Assembly: GCA_041737125.1 (NCBI GenBank)
Contig: JBGSSJ010000003.1
Coordinates: forward strand, 15,718-79,717
Source of the DNA: Minisyncoccia bacterium
GTDB taxonomy: Bacteria > Patescibacteriota > Minisyncoccia > Phycocordibacterales > UBA9973
Length of the DNA: 64,000 nt
Direction of reading: 5' to 3'
This document shows, piece by piece, positions 45,401 to 55,886 of the stretch (positions are counted from its first letter, which is position 1; each line of letters starts with the position of its first letter). The position numbers and the translations under genes are program-made. The notes beneath the pieces were generated by a model. That model was not told the origin of the DNA and searched no databases. It saw nothing but the letters and a program-made list of their open reading frames with translations.

Positions 45401-47081
45401 ATGAGACTTCTTGCTGATAGCAGGATTCACAATATATAATATCCGGTTTGTCTTTGCTGTAAGTTGTTTGAAATTTTTCGATACAATTATCTGTATGATT
45501 ATTGTGATTACTCTTGTCACACATGCATGACCTCTCATGTAGAGTACGAGGGTTTCTCCTTCGTATTCTGTCTTGATGCCTGCATTCGAAATCTTTATGA
45601 GGTAGTGGCAAGTTCATCTTCTTATAGAAGGCAAGCTCAGCTTCCACAATTTTATAATTCTTATTACATTCTTCGCACACCAGAATTTCTTGTAGGATAT
45701 TATCACTAACATTTTCTATTGTGTTTGGTGTATTACCTTTTGCTATTGTTTCTTTACTATATGTTCCAGTAACCTGCTCTTGCCATTTGTAACCTCGCTT
45801 CAGTGCTTCCTCTTTTGATAGTGGGAAGAAGTCACAAGCGAGTGTCTCATTATATCCGAATGGTGCAATGTGTGAAGGGAAGAATTGGTCAGCATCTTCT
45901 TCTTTCTTTATCTCTTCCAAAACTTTCTTTTTTAATTCTAGGTATTCTTCTTTTTCATATTCTTTATTGAGAATCATATGATTACCTTTTCTTATCGCGA
46001 TACAACCTATAGCATCAGATAAGTGGTAGGAACTTTCGCAATACATAATGTCATTACAGTAGAAGACGAAAGCAGAATTGCGGAGTTTATTTCCCTCGAG
46101 TGCGCCCATAATATTGTACCCATAACTTGGTCTGTAGTAATAATTATTGCAATCCATGCTGTCTATAGGGCTCTCTGAATCAGTCATATAAGAACAATTC
46201 TTTGCATCATAAGTATCAAAAAGCATAACTCCGTCATGACAGTTGTGCAAATAGTTCCCTGTTACGTTGTGGCATTTTGTCTGTGAAGAATATTTCTTCA
46301 CAGTTTCGTTCTTTAACTTCTCAAATTCTTTTTTCGCCTGTTCTATACTCTCATAACTTGCGAGTATTTCTTTCTTTTTATTTTCAAATTCTTCTTTACT
46401 ATATTTAACATTGAGAATTGCATTTGATAAGTGTCTTCCGTTTGAGCATAGAATGCAATTCTGTGAATCACGTATGTTGTAGCAGAAGAGTAAATCACTA
46501 GACGATTGGCATTGCTCGGAATACATACACTTGAAGCATTGCCTACAATCTATGCATTCATAACAAAGTTCTGATTCATGTAAGAACGCGCAGTCCACAC
46601 ATTGCTTGTCCCTCTGAAGGAGTCTGCCATACATACAGTCTTCATTATAGTCAGCAGCAAATATTAGATAGCAGTCTTTATTCTCCGCAGATCCATTCGT
46701 GTAATCACTACGGACATTATTGAAAGCCATGAGCCCCAGCCTAGGCACTTCCATTTGTAATTCTTTGTATTGCTTAAAGAAAGATTTGTTGAAATCATAT
46801 TCTCTGCCATAATCTTTCGGATTCCAATCATCGCTCCACCAGCAATCATGACAGTAAACTTTGTAAGGTGATGTCGGTGCATATACAGTAATGATATCTT
46901 TTTCGCAAAGGTCACAGGCCCTTTTGTAGAAAGTTCTTTCGTTTCGGAAAACCAATCTCCTTGCCATTCTACAATCTGGACAATATATAGGAGGAAGCAC
47001 ACTCATCTGCTCGTAGAAGACCATATCTTCGTCTTTAATAACGAACTCCTTTTCACATGTTTTACAGGTCTTGTTTAACAT
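45399..47081 (-). CDS. Cys-rich predicted multi-zinc-binding protein, paralog A (family not recognised)
   Basis: 560 aa. N-terminal CxxC...CxxC zinc-ribbon pairs (CKTCEKEF...CPDCR; CDLCEKD...CHDCWW). Central Cys-ladder (CVDCAFLHESELCYECIDCRQCFKCMYSEQCQ). C-terminal CEECNKNY...CESCYQQEVS. Collinear with 58290..59987. Confidence 0.65.
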   Translation of the reverse strand: MLNKTCKTCEKEFVIKDEDMVFYEQMSVLPPIYCPDCRMARRLVFRNERTFYKRACDLCEKDIITVYAPTSPYKVYCHDCWWSDDWNPKDYGREYDFNKSFFKQYKELQMEVPRLGLMAFNNVRSDYTNGSAENKDCYLIFAADYNEDCMYGRLLQRDKQCVDCAFLHESELCYECIDCRQCFKCMYSEQCQSSSDLLFCYNIRDSQNCILCSNGRHLSNAILNVKYSKEEFENKKKEILASYESIEQAKKEFEKLKNETVKKYSSQTKCHNVTGNYLHNCHDGVMLFDTYDAKNCSYMTDSESPIDSMDCNNYYYRPSYGYNIMGALEGNKLRNSAFVFYCNDIMYCESSYHLSDAIGCIAIRKGNHMILNKEYEKEEYLELKKKVLEEIKKEEDADQFFPSHIAPFGYNETLACDFFPLSKEEALKRGYKWQEQVTGTYSKETIAKGNTPNTIENVSDNILQEILVCEECNKNYKIVEAELAFYKKMNLPLPHKDFECRHQDRIRRRNPRTLHERSCMCDKSNHNNHTDNCIEKFQTTYSKDKPDIIYCESCYQQEVS

Positions 47082-47120
47082 ATTATGTTTGATGATTATA
47101 TCAATAATATTATTCTGATG

Positions 47121-48692
47121 CTATGAATTCGTTCTTGGTCTGTACTGCAACGCTTCTAATACATGTGAAGAGGTTATGTCTTTACTCCCTTCAAGGTCGG
47201 CGATGGTGCGGGCGAGCTTGATGGTGCGATGGTATGCCCGAGCGGAGAGCGAAAGTCGCTCGGCACTTTGATTTAAGAGATTTTTTATTTCTGGTGTCAG
47301 TGGTGCGTATATGGCCAAATCTTTCACATTCATTTCACTATTGGTATTTATTTTCCTCGAAGCACCTTTAAATCTCCTGCTCTGTATATCACGAGCCCTC
47401 TCTACTCGCTCTTTGATTGTGTGAGTCTTCTCTCCACTTTGCTCAGTGCTTGATAGCTTGTCATAGTCCACTGCTCCAACTCCAACCCATATATCAATAC
47501 GATCCATAATAGGGCCGGACAACTTCCTAGAATATTTATCCAGATCACTTGGTTTGCAAATGCAGGCTTTCTGCTTGTTGCCTTTGTTCCCACAAGGGCA
47601 AGGGTTCATTGCTGCTACAAGAATAAAATTCGATGGGAATATAGCAGAGCCCCGAGCACGTGATATCGATACTACATTGTCTTCAAGTGGTTGGCGGAGT
47701 GACTCGAGAACTTTCTTCTCGAACTCTGGGAATTCGTCGAGGAAGAGCACTCCTCTATGCGCTAGTGTTACTTCCCCTGGTTTGGGATTTGCTCCGCCTC
47801 CTATCATCGATACATAGCTTGCAGTATGGTGCGGTGCGCGGAATGGCGCATTGGTGATGAGTTCACCATCGAGTAATCCTACGACAGAGTGTATGCCAGT
47901 TATTTCTAATATTTCATCATTGCCCAAGTCCGGCAGTATATGCGAGAAGACCCGAGCAAGCATCGTCTTCCCTGTGCCTGGAGGTCCGGACATGGCTATA
48001 TTGTGCCCACCTGCAGCTGCTATCTCGAGCCCTCTCTTGGCCCCTTCTTGTCCGCGAATATCCGAGAAGTCGATAGGGTTCTCTTTGCGAGTATTTTTTA
48101 TCTCAGTTCTTGGTGTTGGTGTTATCTTCGGCCTCTCTTTCTCTATAGGGTTACCTTTCTTATCTAATCTTACTTTATAAACATGATCTATCACTTCGCG
48201 AAGTGTGCGTGCTCCGTAAACTACAATCCCATCTATAAGCGAAGCTTCCACAGCATTGTCTATCGGTAAAAATATCTCTTTGTAGCCGAGCTTCTTGGCT
48301 TCCTGAGTTAGTGGCAGTGCACCTTTTATAGGTTGGAGCTCACCGTTGAGCGAGAGCTCACCTAGGAATACTCTACCTGCTGGATCGAAATCTATCTCGC
48401 CCGCCGAGAGTAAGTATGCAAGTGCAATAGCCAAATCAAAATACGGACCCTCTTTTTTAAGGTCCGCAGGCGAAAGGGAGATAACTATTTTCTGGTTTTG
48501 ATTCTTTGGAGAGTTGAAGCCGGAGTTCTTCAGGGCAGAAGACATTCTGTCCTTAGATTCATCGACAGCTTTGTCTGGTAATCCGACTAGGGTAAATGCA
48601 TGTAAGGTGTTCTTTGTAATGTCTACTTCGACAGTTACAATTTTGCCTTTTAGTAAGTGTGTTTGCGCAGAATATATTCTAGCAAATGACAT
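47121..48692 (-). CDS. comM: Mg-chelatase-like AAA+ ATPase YifB/ComM
   Basis: 523 aa. N-terminal Lon-protease-like domain. Walker A GPPGTGKTML. Walker B VLFLDEFPEF. C-terminal Mg_chelatase region. Confidence 0.85.
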   Translation of the reverse strand: MSFARIYSAQTHLLKGKIVTVEVDITKNTLHAFTLVGLPDKAVDESKDRMSSALKNSGFNSPKNQNQKIVISLSPADLKKEGPYFDLAIALAYLLSAGEIDFDPAGRVFLGELSLNGELQPIKGALPLTQEAKKLGYKEIFLPIDNAVEASLIDGIVVYGARTLREVIDHVYKVRLDKKGNPIEKERPKITPTPRTEIKNTRKENPIDFSDIRGQEGAKRGLEIAAAGGHNIAMSGPPGTGKTMLARVFSHILPDLGNDEILEITGIHSVVGLLDGELITNAPFRAPHHTASYVSMIGGGANPKPGEVTLAHRGVLFLDEFPEFEKKVLESLRQPLEDNVVSISRARGSAIFPSNFILVAAMNPCPCGNKGNKQKACICKPSDLDKYSRKLSGPIMDRIDIWVGVGAVDYDKLSSTEQSGEKTHTIKERVERARDIQSRRFKGASRKINTNSEMNVKDLAIYAPLTPEIKNLLNQSAERLSLSARAYHRTIKLARTIADLEGSKDITSSHVLEALQYRPRTNS

Positions 48693-48700
48693 AGTATTGT

Positions 48701-49057
48701 TTACTCCTTATTAATACATTCCATACAAGTTCTCGCACTTGCATTCGCCTCTAGGCGTTCTTCTTCGATTGGTTTATTACAGAATTCACACATGCCGTAA
48801 GTTCCATCTGCAATCTTACCCAATGCTTTATCTATATCATCGAGTCTCTTGTTGAGCACATCTGTAGTGCTTGATCTCTCTTGATAATCCTCGGCGCGGT
48901 CAGCCATATCGTTCTCGTCTGATTCAGGAGAGCTTTGTTCCTCTGGAGTTGCTTCCCAGTCGCCTGTCTCTTTATCTTGTTTGCCCATTCCATTAAGTTC
49001 GTTTTCTACTAACTTTTTCTCCTCTTCTAATTTAGCTTTATAGATATCTGTTTTCAT
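48701..49057 (-). CDS. DksA/TraR-family C4-type zinc-finger protein
   Basis: 118 aa. Acidic coiled-coil N-terminus. C-terminal CEFCNKPIEEERLEANASARTCMEC. Confidence 0.7.
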   Translation of the reverse strand: MKTDIYKAKLEEEKKLVENELNGMGKQDKETGDWEATPEEQSSPESDENDMADRAEDYQERSSTTDVLNKRLDDIDKALGKIADGTYGMCEFCNKPIEEERLEANASARTCMECINKE

Positions 49058-49102
49058 TTTATTATCATAACATTATTACAATATCAATGGCAATTTATAC
49101 TA

Positions 49103-50038
49103 TTATATAGGCTTCGTCTCTTTTGCTCGCAATCTCGCTGTCACTTCTTTGATGGCTTGTTTGCTATCTGTTATGAGCAAGGTGTCCTTACTTGTAAATA
49201 TATAGAATAGTATGTCTTTACCATCCTTGTCGTAGAGTATGCGAGCGTCCTTATTATCAAGGATGATATCTTTCCAGGGTTTATCGAATAGTACACTCCT
49301 TTCTCCTGCGACATCTGTATCAAATAATACAAACATGTCGTTTAATAGCAGATCTTCCCAGGCAAGCATCGAAGCATAAGCTTGGTTATAATCTTTGATT
49401 TTGAATATTAAGAATGGGTGCGTCTCTGCGACTACTTGCTCCTCTCCTTCAGCGTTTGTTGTTGTGGTTGATTTGGCTACGTAGGATCCTATCATGTAGT
49501 CTGTATCGAAAGTACGAACAAGTGCTTGTGGAGCATCAAGATCAAATAATGTGAGGAACTTTTCTATAGATATTGGCGTCTCTACTTCGCCCACTTTTTC
49601 TTGCAAAAGAATTGATTTAATTTGACCCTTCGCGAGAGGCTTCTTTGTTTCTTCTTTTATCAAAGTCCCTAGTTCTATGTCTGTGTTTATGTTGCTAGTA
49701 TCAAGAGCAACTTCTTCGTCATAAGATATGAGTGCTTCGGTTCTTATTTTTACTTCTGGTGCTATACTTGCACTTTTATTTTTCTGATAGAGGAAGTATC
49801 CTCCGACAAGAGAACCCGCGATGAAAATAATTCCTCCTAGTACCCAGAAGAATTTATTCACACCAGATCCACTTGCTTCCTGGTATATTTCTTCTCTTTC
49901 GCGCTTCTCTTTTTCGGCAAGAGCAATCTTGATAACTGACATCTCATTCTCACGAACAGCATCAGCCATATCTGATGTGTAAGTGTGAATAGTTTTCAAA
50001 TTATTCTTTGTATTGTTTTGTATTTCTTTCTCGTCCAT
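49103..50038 (-). CDS. Hypothetical membrane-anchored protein
   Basis: 311 aa. One TM (FFWVLGGIIFIAGSLVGGYFLY) after a charged N-terminus. No motif recognised. Confidence 0.5.
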   Translation of the reverse strand: MDEKEIQNNTKNNLKTIHTYTSDMADAVRENEMSVIKIALAEKEKREREEIYQEASGSGVNKFFWVLGGIIFIAGSLVGGYFLYQKNKSASIAPEVKIRTEALISYDEEVALDTSNINTDIELGTLIKEETKKPLAKGQIKSILLQEKVGEVETPISIEKFLTLFDLDAPQALVRTFDTDYMIGSYVAKSTTTTNAEGEEQVVAETHPFLIFKIKDYNQAYASMLAWEDLLLNDMFVLFDTDVAGERSVLFDKPWKDIILDNKDARILYDKDGKDILFYIFTSKDTLLITDSKQAIKEVTARLRAKETKPI

Positions 50039-50050
50039 TTTTATTTTTTA

Positions 50051-52174
50051 CTATGCTTTTGGTTTAAAGAAATTCTCATCCGCTTCTTTGATTGATAGGT
50101 TCAGACGTCCTTTCTCATCCACCTTTATTATCTTCACTGGCACCTTATCCCCTTCCTTAAGAATATCAGAAACTTTCTCTACACGGAACGGTGTAATTTC
50201 AGAAATGTGTACAAGTCCTTCTGTTCCATTTGATAGTTTCACAAACGCACCGAAATCCATGAGCTTCACAACTTCCGCATCACTAGTATCACCTACTTTG
50301 TATTCATGTGTCATGTCATCGATTATCTTCTTCGCTTTCTCTGCGCCCCCATTCTTACCTGTGATGAATACTGTTCCATCTTCTTCGATTGTGATCTCTG
50401 TGCCTGTCTCTTCACGAATTGCATTTATGTTCTTGCCTCCAGGTCCGATGATCATTCCGATCTTCTCTTTATCTATTTTAGTCACTACTATCTGTGGAGC
50501 ATTTGGTGAGATATTTGCGCGTGGAGTTGGGATCTCTTTCGTGATGGCTTCTAGTATTTGAAGTCGAGCAGTTTTCGCACGAGTGAGTGCTTCCTTTAGT
50601 ATGACGACTGGGATGCCATCTACTTTCACATCGAGTTGTATCGCTGTGATGCCATCTTTCGTTCCTGCAACTTTGAAGTCCATATCACCGTAGTGATCTT
50701 CTGGTCCTTGAATGTCAGTGAGTAGGACATATTTATTTTTATTTTTCTCATCTATCATTACTCCTACAGATATACCTGCGACTGGAGTCTTAATCGGCAC
50801 GCCTCCGTCCATAAGTGCGACTGTGGATGCACAGATAGATGCTTGTGAAGTGGAACCATTCGATGCAACAGATTCAGATACTACTCGGATAGTGTAAGGG
50901 AAATTTATTTTCTCAGGTATGACTGGAGTGAGAGCTTTCTCTACGAGGAAGCCGTGGCCCATCTCTCTGCGGTTGAGTCCTCCGACGCGGCCCGTCTCAC
51001 CTCCTGAGTATGGAGGGAAGTTGTAGTGATGCATGAAACGCTTCTTGAATGAGTTCTCCACTCCGTCTATCGCATGCATGTCCTCTGGTCCACCGAGAGT
51101 GAGCACAGAGAGCACGTGTGTTTCGCCACGATAGAAAATACCAGAACCGTGTAACACTGGTGAAATACCCCCAGCTTTTGCATAAAGACCTCGGACTTCA
51201 TCGACAGCTCTGCCATCTGCGCGTTTGTTTTCAAGGAGGGATGCTGTGTGAAACATAGAGTCTAAGTAGTGATGTATGTAATCTTGTGCCACATACTTGT
51301 CTTCATCAGTGTAGTCAGGGTAAGTTTCTTTGATAAGAGTCTTCCATAAAGCTTCTGCTTCACTTGTGACTTCTTTACTCTTGGCACCGAATAGTCCTCC
51401 ATCGATAATTGGCTTCACTTTGTTATTAAAAAGTTCTATGACGTCAGTCGGAGTCTCTTTCTTTGGGAAAGAAAGTTTAGCTTTACCAAATTCTGCTCGT
51501 AGCTTGTTCTGGAATTCTTCCCACTTTGTTATCTCTGCTACTGCCATATCGAAGCACTTACTCATCTCTTCTTCACTAAGCTCATATGCCATAGACTCGA
51601 TCATGTTGATAGTCTGCTCTTTACCGCAAACTAGTAGATCAAGTGCGTAGACTGCTTCATCGGAATTCGGAATGTAATTATTTATTTTGATCTCAGTCTC
51701 ACCATGGGCCTTACTTATGTGTACTGCTCCTACCGGACCGTTCCAAGGAATGTCGGACATTGATAGAGCGATAGATGAAGCATTGATTCCCAAAGTTTTC
51801 GGATCAGCACCACCGACTGCGATAACTGTGATGATTACTTGAACTGCGTTCTTGATATGGTGATCAAAGAGTGGGCGAATAGTTCGGTCTGTCATGCGGG
51901 CTGCAAGTATTGCTTGCTCAGAAGGTCTGCCTTCTCTCTTACTAAATTGTCCACCAAGAATTTTCCCTGCGGCATAATACTTCTCCAAGTACTCGACAGT
52001 CAGATTAAAGAATCCAGGATTATCTTCCCCACTTTTTGATATTACCGCTGTCGCCATAACAACTGTGCCGTCGCATTTGAGCATGACGGAACCATTCGCT
52101 TGATTTGCTAAGTCGCTAAAAACGGCCGTAATTTTCTTACCACCAATCTCTACTTCATATTCTTTACTTTGCAT
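50051..52174 (-). CDS. pnp: Polynucleotide phosphorylase
   Basis: 707 aa. Two RNase PH-like domains, then KH (IGMIIGPGGKNINAIREETG), then S1 (VGDTSDAEVVKLMDFGAFVKL). Full-length collinear with PNPase. Confidence 0.95.
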   Translation of the reverse strand: MQSKEYEVEIGGKKITAVFSDLANQANGSVMLKCDGTVVMATAVISKSGEDNPGFFNLTVEYLEKYYAAGKILGGQFSKREGRPSEQAILAARMTDRTIRPLFDHHIKNAVQVIITVIAVGGADPKTLGINASSIALSMSDIPWNGPVGAVHISKAHGETEIKINNYIPNSDEAVYALDLLVCGKEQTINMIESMAYELSEEEMSKCFDMAVAEITKWEEFQNKLRAEFGKAKLSFPKKETPTDVIELFNNKVKPIIDGGLFGAKSKEVTSEAEALWKTLIKETYPDYTDEDKYVAQDYIHHYLDSMFHTASLLENKRADGRAVDEVRGLYAKAGGISPVLHGSGIFYRGETHVLSVLTLGGPEDMHAIDGVENSFKKRFMHHYNFPPYSGGETGRVGGLNRREMGHGFLVEKALTPVIPEKINFPYTIRVVSESVASNGSTSQASICASTVALMDGGVPIKTPVAGISVGVMIDEKNKNKYVLLTDIQGPEDHYGDMDFKVAGTKDGITAIQLDVKVDGIPVVILKEALTRAKTARLQILEAITKEIPTPRANISPNAPQIVVTKIDKEKIGMIIGPGGKNINAIREETGTEITIEEDGTVFITGKNGGAEKAKKIIDDMTHEYKVGDTSDAEVVKLMDFGAFVKLSNGTEGLVHISEITPFRVEKVSDILKEGDKVPVKIIKVDEKGRLNLSIKEADENFFKPKA

Positions 52175-52373
52175 ATTGTGTGTAGCTAATCCAGAGACCC
52201 TAGTTTTGAAATTTTGGCCCTTAGGCTATTTCAACGCTATCCGTCTTTGGATTAACGAATTTACTTATTAATACTAGAAGCATAGCAGAAAATGTGAGTT
52301 TTATGAAGAGCCAAATTATCCTTTGACTTAAAATTTTATCTAGTATAGAGTGTAGAAAAAAAGGAGTGTTTAT

Positions 52374-53087
52374 ATGAGAAACATAGAATTCTCTGGGTAC
52401 GAAAATGTGTCCAGATTACAACTTGTAAATTTTTCCCCAGGATATTTGGGAATGCTTACTGATTTAAGGTTAAATATCCGTGAGAACCAGACAATGAATT
52501 TGTGTTTGGTGAGAATCACAGATGTTGGTGTGTCCGTAAGTCCACCAATAAATTTTAGCAATCTAAGTATGGAGGGTAATTTCATCAAAGGGACTTACTT
52601 CGATGATCATTACCAGACTGACGAAGGGCAAAAGATTCCCCAGACAAAGACCATCCGCTTAGACAATCCATTCGGTGAAGTTCCGATCATTCCGGGGTGG
52701 CAAGCTTCCAAGCTTTTTATTTTCGGTGAAGGGTTGGATGAATACCAATCATTCATTGAAGAAGCCAGGAATGGATTATTGACTGAGCTTGGGAAGCCGA
52801 TTCAGCTGACCTACAAAAACGATGACGGAAGTTTTTCTGTTGTTGGAGGTTTGCTGAATATAGTGAATAGAGGGAATATTGATGTTCAGGACTACTATGA
52901 AATACTGGTAGTAGAGAACAAAACTGTTTCTGCAAATTCGCTTGACCGCAGGAAGAACCACCGGTTTATTTCTGAAAATGGTTTTCTGGTAATGGTTGGC
53001 CCTGCATTTGCAAAACCTAATTCTATGGACACCGGAGAAGTTTTCGGTATCGAGAAGTTCTGGAATTTCAAACCCCACAAAGGTTAA
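52374..53087 (+). CDS. Hypothetical protein
   Basis: 237 aa. Strong RBS AAAGGAG 10 nt upstream of the ATG, and a -35-like TTGACT upstream. No recognisable domain. Confidence 0.5.
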   Translation: MRNIEFSGYENVSRLQLVNFSPGYLGMLTDLRLNIRENQTMNLCLVRITDVGVSVSPPINFSNLSMEGNFIKGTYFDDHYQTDEGQKIPQTKTIRLDNPFGEVPIIPGWQASKLFIFGEGLDEYQSFIEEARNGLLTELGKPIQLTYKNDDGSFSVVGGLLNIVNRGNIDVQDYYEILVVENKTVSANSLDRRKNHRFISENGFLVMVGPAFAKPNSMDTGEVFGIEKFWNFKPHKG

Positions 53088-53119
53088 AGAAAATTTTAAA
53101 GTTATTAAAAAATAACAAC

Positions 53120-53155
53120 AATGGCGTTGCTTGAATGCAACGCCATTTTTATTTT
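53120..53155. terminator. Intrinsic terminator aatggcgttgc-ttgaa-tgcaacgccatt followed by a T-run, with an A-run on the other side (bidirectional)
   Basis: Read directly. Confidence 0.65.
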
Positions 53156-53161
53156 ATATTT

Positions 53162-53689
53162 TTAATATATCAAATACTTTTTTGGGTTTACGGAGAGGTC
53201 GAGGAAGTCATCGGCTGTCTCTTTGAGCTTCATTGATGAGCTTTTGCCGAAAGATACGACTTCTATCTGGACACCATAAGTACTCTGCAAGTATTCTACC
53301 AAGGGCACGAAGTCCCCATCCCCTGCCACGAGCACTACTGCGTCGAGCTTCGGTGCCATCTTTACCGCGTCTATGGTGATACCGACATCCCAGTCGCCCT
53401 TCTTCGCCCCACCAGCGAATACTTGTAAATCTTTTGTCTTTGTTTCTATGCCAAGCTTAGTTAGTGCATCGAAGAAGTTCTTCTCATCACCTCCTTCACT
53501 AGTGATAACATATGCGACTGCACGCACTAGCTTCCTACCTGCAACTGCGTCGCGAAGTACTGCCCCGAAGTTCACCTTCCTTTTATATAGATTCTTCGCA
53601 CTATGATATAGATTGGATGTATCTATGAACACCCCTACTCTCTGTTCTTTATGTTTGATTATGCTCATATATGTATTGTACCAAAACAA
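53162..53689 (-). CDS. NYN-domain (LabA-like) protein
   Basis: 175 aa. VGVFIDTSNLYHSAKNL and VVLVAGDGDFVPLVEYL match the NYN/PIN-like acidic motifs. Confidence 0.7.
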   Translation of the reverse strand: MFWYNTYMSIIKHKEQRVGVFIDTSNLYHSAKNLYKRKVNFGAVLRDAVAGRKLVRAVAYVITSEGGDEKNFFDALTKLGIETKTKDLQVFAGGAKKGDWDVGITIDAVKMAPKLDAVVLVAGDGDFVPLVEYLQSTYGVQIEVVSFGKSSSMKLKETADDFLDLSVNPKKYLIY

Positions 53690-53723
53690 AACGTCCTCCG
53701 ACAGGGGTCGGAGGGCATTTCGA

Positions 53724-53984
53724 TTAAGCTTTTATTAATTTAGTCTGAGTCGCATGTCTTACCTTGTCTGTCTTCTCCAAGTATTTAAGGTGACCTCTAC
53801 GATCAGCAACCATTTTTATCAATCCTCTGCGTGAATGGTTATCTTTCTTGTGTTCCTTTAGGTGGCTTGCAAGTTCATCGATTTTCTTACTCAATATAGC
53901 AATCTGTACTTCAGGACTTCCAGTATCTTTCGCGTGTAACTGGCTCTTTTTTATAATATTTTGTTTTTTCTTTGTTGTTAACAT
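53724..53984 (-). CDS. rpsO: 30S ribosomal protein S15
   Basis: 86 aa. [50 protein letters not shown] matches the S15 family signature. Confidence 0.9.
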   Translation of the reverse strand: MLTTKKKQNIIKKSQLHAKDTGSPEVQIAILSKKIDELASHLKEHKKDNHSRRGLIKMVADRRGHLKYLEKTDKVRHATQTKLIKA

Positions 53985-54122
53985 CGTGGCTCAATATTAG
54001 CACATATTATAAAAAATTGCAAGACCCACTGAATATACTGATTATTCACCCTCTTAGTAGTCATTATTGACGAAAAGCATTTAAAGTGGTAGTTTGGAAT
54101 AAACTTATTAAATTAAAAAACT

Positions 54123-54587
54123 ATGACAAAGAAGCTTCTTAGTATACTCCCCATTAATTGCGAGTATCGACACGGTGATGAATTAGTAGTAGGACTATCT
54201 TCTTTCTATTTAAATTTATTAAATAAAGGAGAAGAATTCGAGGACCAGCAGGTTTATTTTGAGGATGGTTTTGGTAAAGTTTGTAAACTGTTCTTCAAAC
54301 ATGAAACTAACTTAGCATGCCGGTTGCAAATGCTTGGTGAGAAACCTAGTGACCATGATTGTGATTTACGCATCAAGCCAGCGATTGTGAACAACTTCAC
54401 TCTAATGGCTCAAAAACCCTTTCATTATGATGGAGACACATCAACAGGTTATATAAGCAACATAATGGTTACCACTGGGATTTCCATAAAGGAGATGCCC
54501 CTTCAATCTTCAGAATACCCGGATGCTTTTTTGATTACACAATTTGAGGAAAGGTGGAACAAAAAAGCCCATGCCTTGTACCCCTAA
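54123..54587 (+). CDS. Hypothetical protein
   Basis: 154 aa ORF with a clean promoter-distal position. No recognisable domain. Confidence 0.45.
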   Translation: MTKKLLSILPINCEYRHGDELVVGLSSFYLNLLNKGEEFEDQQVYFEDGFGKVCKLFFKHETNLACRLQMLGEKPSDHDCDLRIKPAIVNNFTLMAQKPFHYDGDTSTGYISNIMVTTGISIKEMPLQSSEYPDAFLITQFEERWNKKAHALYP

Positions 54588-54799
54588 TAAGTACAAAACC
54601 TACTTACCAGAACGTTCGACAAAACCCGAACGTTCTGGTATTTTTTATTATGTTATAATTATTGTGCGACCCTCCTTTTTACTATAGGGGGCACACTTGT
54701 CCCGTACTAAATTTTTGATTATTTATTTTAAAGATTTAGAAAGATAAGGAAAATTTATTTAGAGAAAGATAATTATTAATATTAAAATTTTAGTATGGG

Positions 54800-55723
54800 A
54801 TGGCTACACAATTAGAACAACTTAAAAGAGAATTCCTTGAGCATATCGAGATAGAGAAAGGCAGAAGCCTGAAAACGGTAGAGAATTACGATCACTACAT
54901 TACTCGCTACTTCGACTTCTCGAAAGTGAAGAATCCAGAGGATATAGACAGCACTTCTGTGCGTGAGTTCAGGCTTTGGCTTAATCGTCAGTCGATGGGT
55001 AACAATAGAGCCACAGGGAAAACAGTCTCGAGGAAGACTCAGAACTACTACATGATAGCTCTGCGGGTATTCCTGAAATATCTAACAAGGAAGAAGATTA
55101 AATCCATGTCCGCCGATGAGATAGACTTGGCGAAAGTCCCCGAGCGCCACCTCGACCTCATATCTACGAACGAGCTTGGCCGATTACTGAAGTCGTCCGA
55201 AGGTGGTGATATAAAGTCACTCCGTGATAAAGCGATACTCGAGCTACTATTCTCGACTGGGCTTCGTGTATCCGAGCTGTGTTCACTTACAAATGATATA
55301 GATTTCGAGACTGGGGAATTCTCTATCCGTGGTAAAGGTGGGAAGATAAGAGTCGTATTCATATCCGATGAAGCGCGCACGACACTGAAGAAGTACCTCG
55401 CTTTGCGGAAAGATATGTCCGATTCCCTATTCGTTCAGATAGGTAGCGAGAAGAAAGATGGCATGGATATAAAGCCACTAACTAGGCGCTCAGTAGAACG
55501 CATTGTGAAACAGTGCGCGGTTAAAGCCGGTATCTCGAAGAAGGTTACACCGCACGTCATCCGCCACTGCTTCGCCACTGATTTACTTTCAAATGGTGCA
55601 GACATACGCTCTGTCCAGACTATGCTCGGCCATGCCAACATAGCCACAACGCAGATATACACACACGTAACTGATGCACAGCTTCGCGAAGTCCATAAAA
55701 AGTTCCATGGGAAACGGGAATAG
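54800..55723 (+). CDS. xerC: Tyrosine recombinase, XerC/XerD type
   Basis: 307 aa. N-terminal core-binding domain. Catalytic R...HxxR...Y: RVSELCSL, HVIRHCFAT, GHANIATTQIYTHV. Confidence 0.85.
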   Translation: MATQLEQLKREFLEHIEIEKGRSLKTVENYDHYITRYFDFSKVKNPEDIDSTSVREFRLWLNRQSMGNNRATGKTVSRKTQNYYMIALRVFLKYLTRKKIKSMSADEIDLAKVPERHLDLISTNELGRLLKSSEGGDIKSLRDKAILELLFSTGLRVSELCSLTNDIDFETGEFSIRGKGGKIRVVFISDEARTTLKKYLALRKDMSDSLFVQIGSEKKDGMDIKPLTRRSVERIVKQCAVKAGISKKVTPHVIRHCFATDLLSNGADIRSVQTMLGHANIATTQIYTHVTDAQLREVHKKFHGKRE

Positions 55724-55886
55724 ACCACCCCACAAAAATTAAAATAATCTCATTCCAGAGTCCGGAAATTTCTTACTAGAAATTTCCTCATTGTTCGCGC
55801 CGTCGCACTTACCAGCCTCTTCCATGAGGTTATTTTAATTTCTGTGTTCACTCGATAATACTTTTATTTCGTGATATATTTTCTAT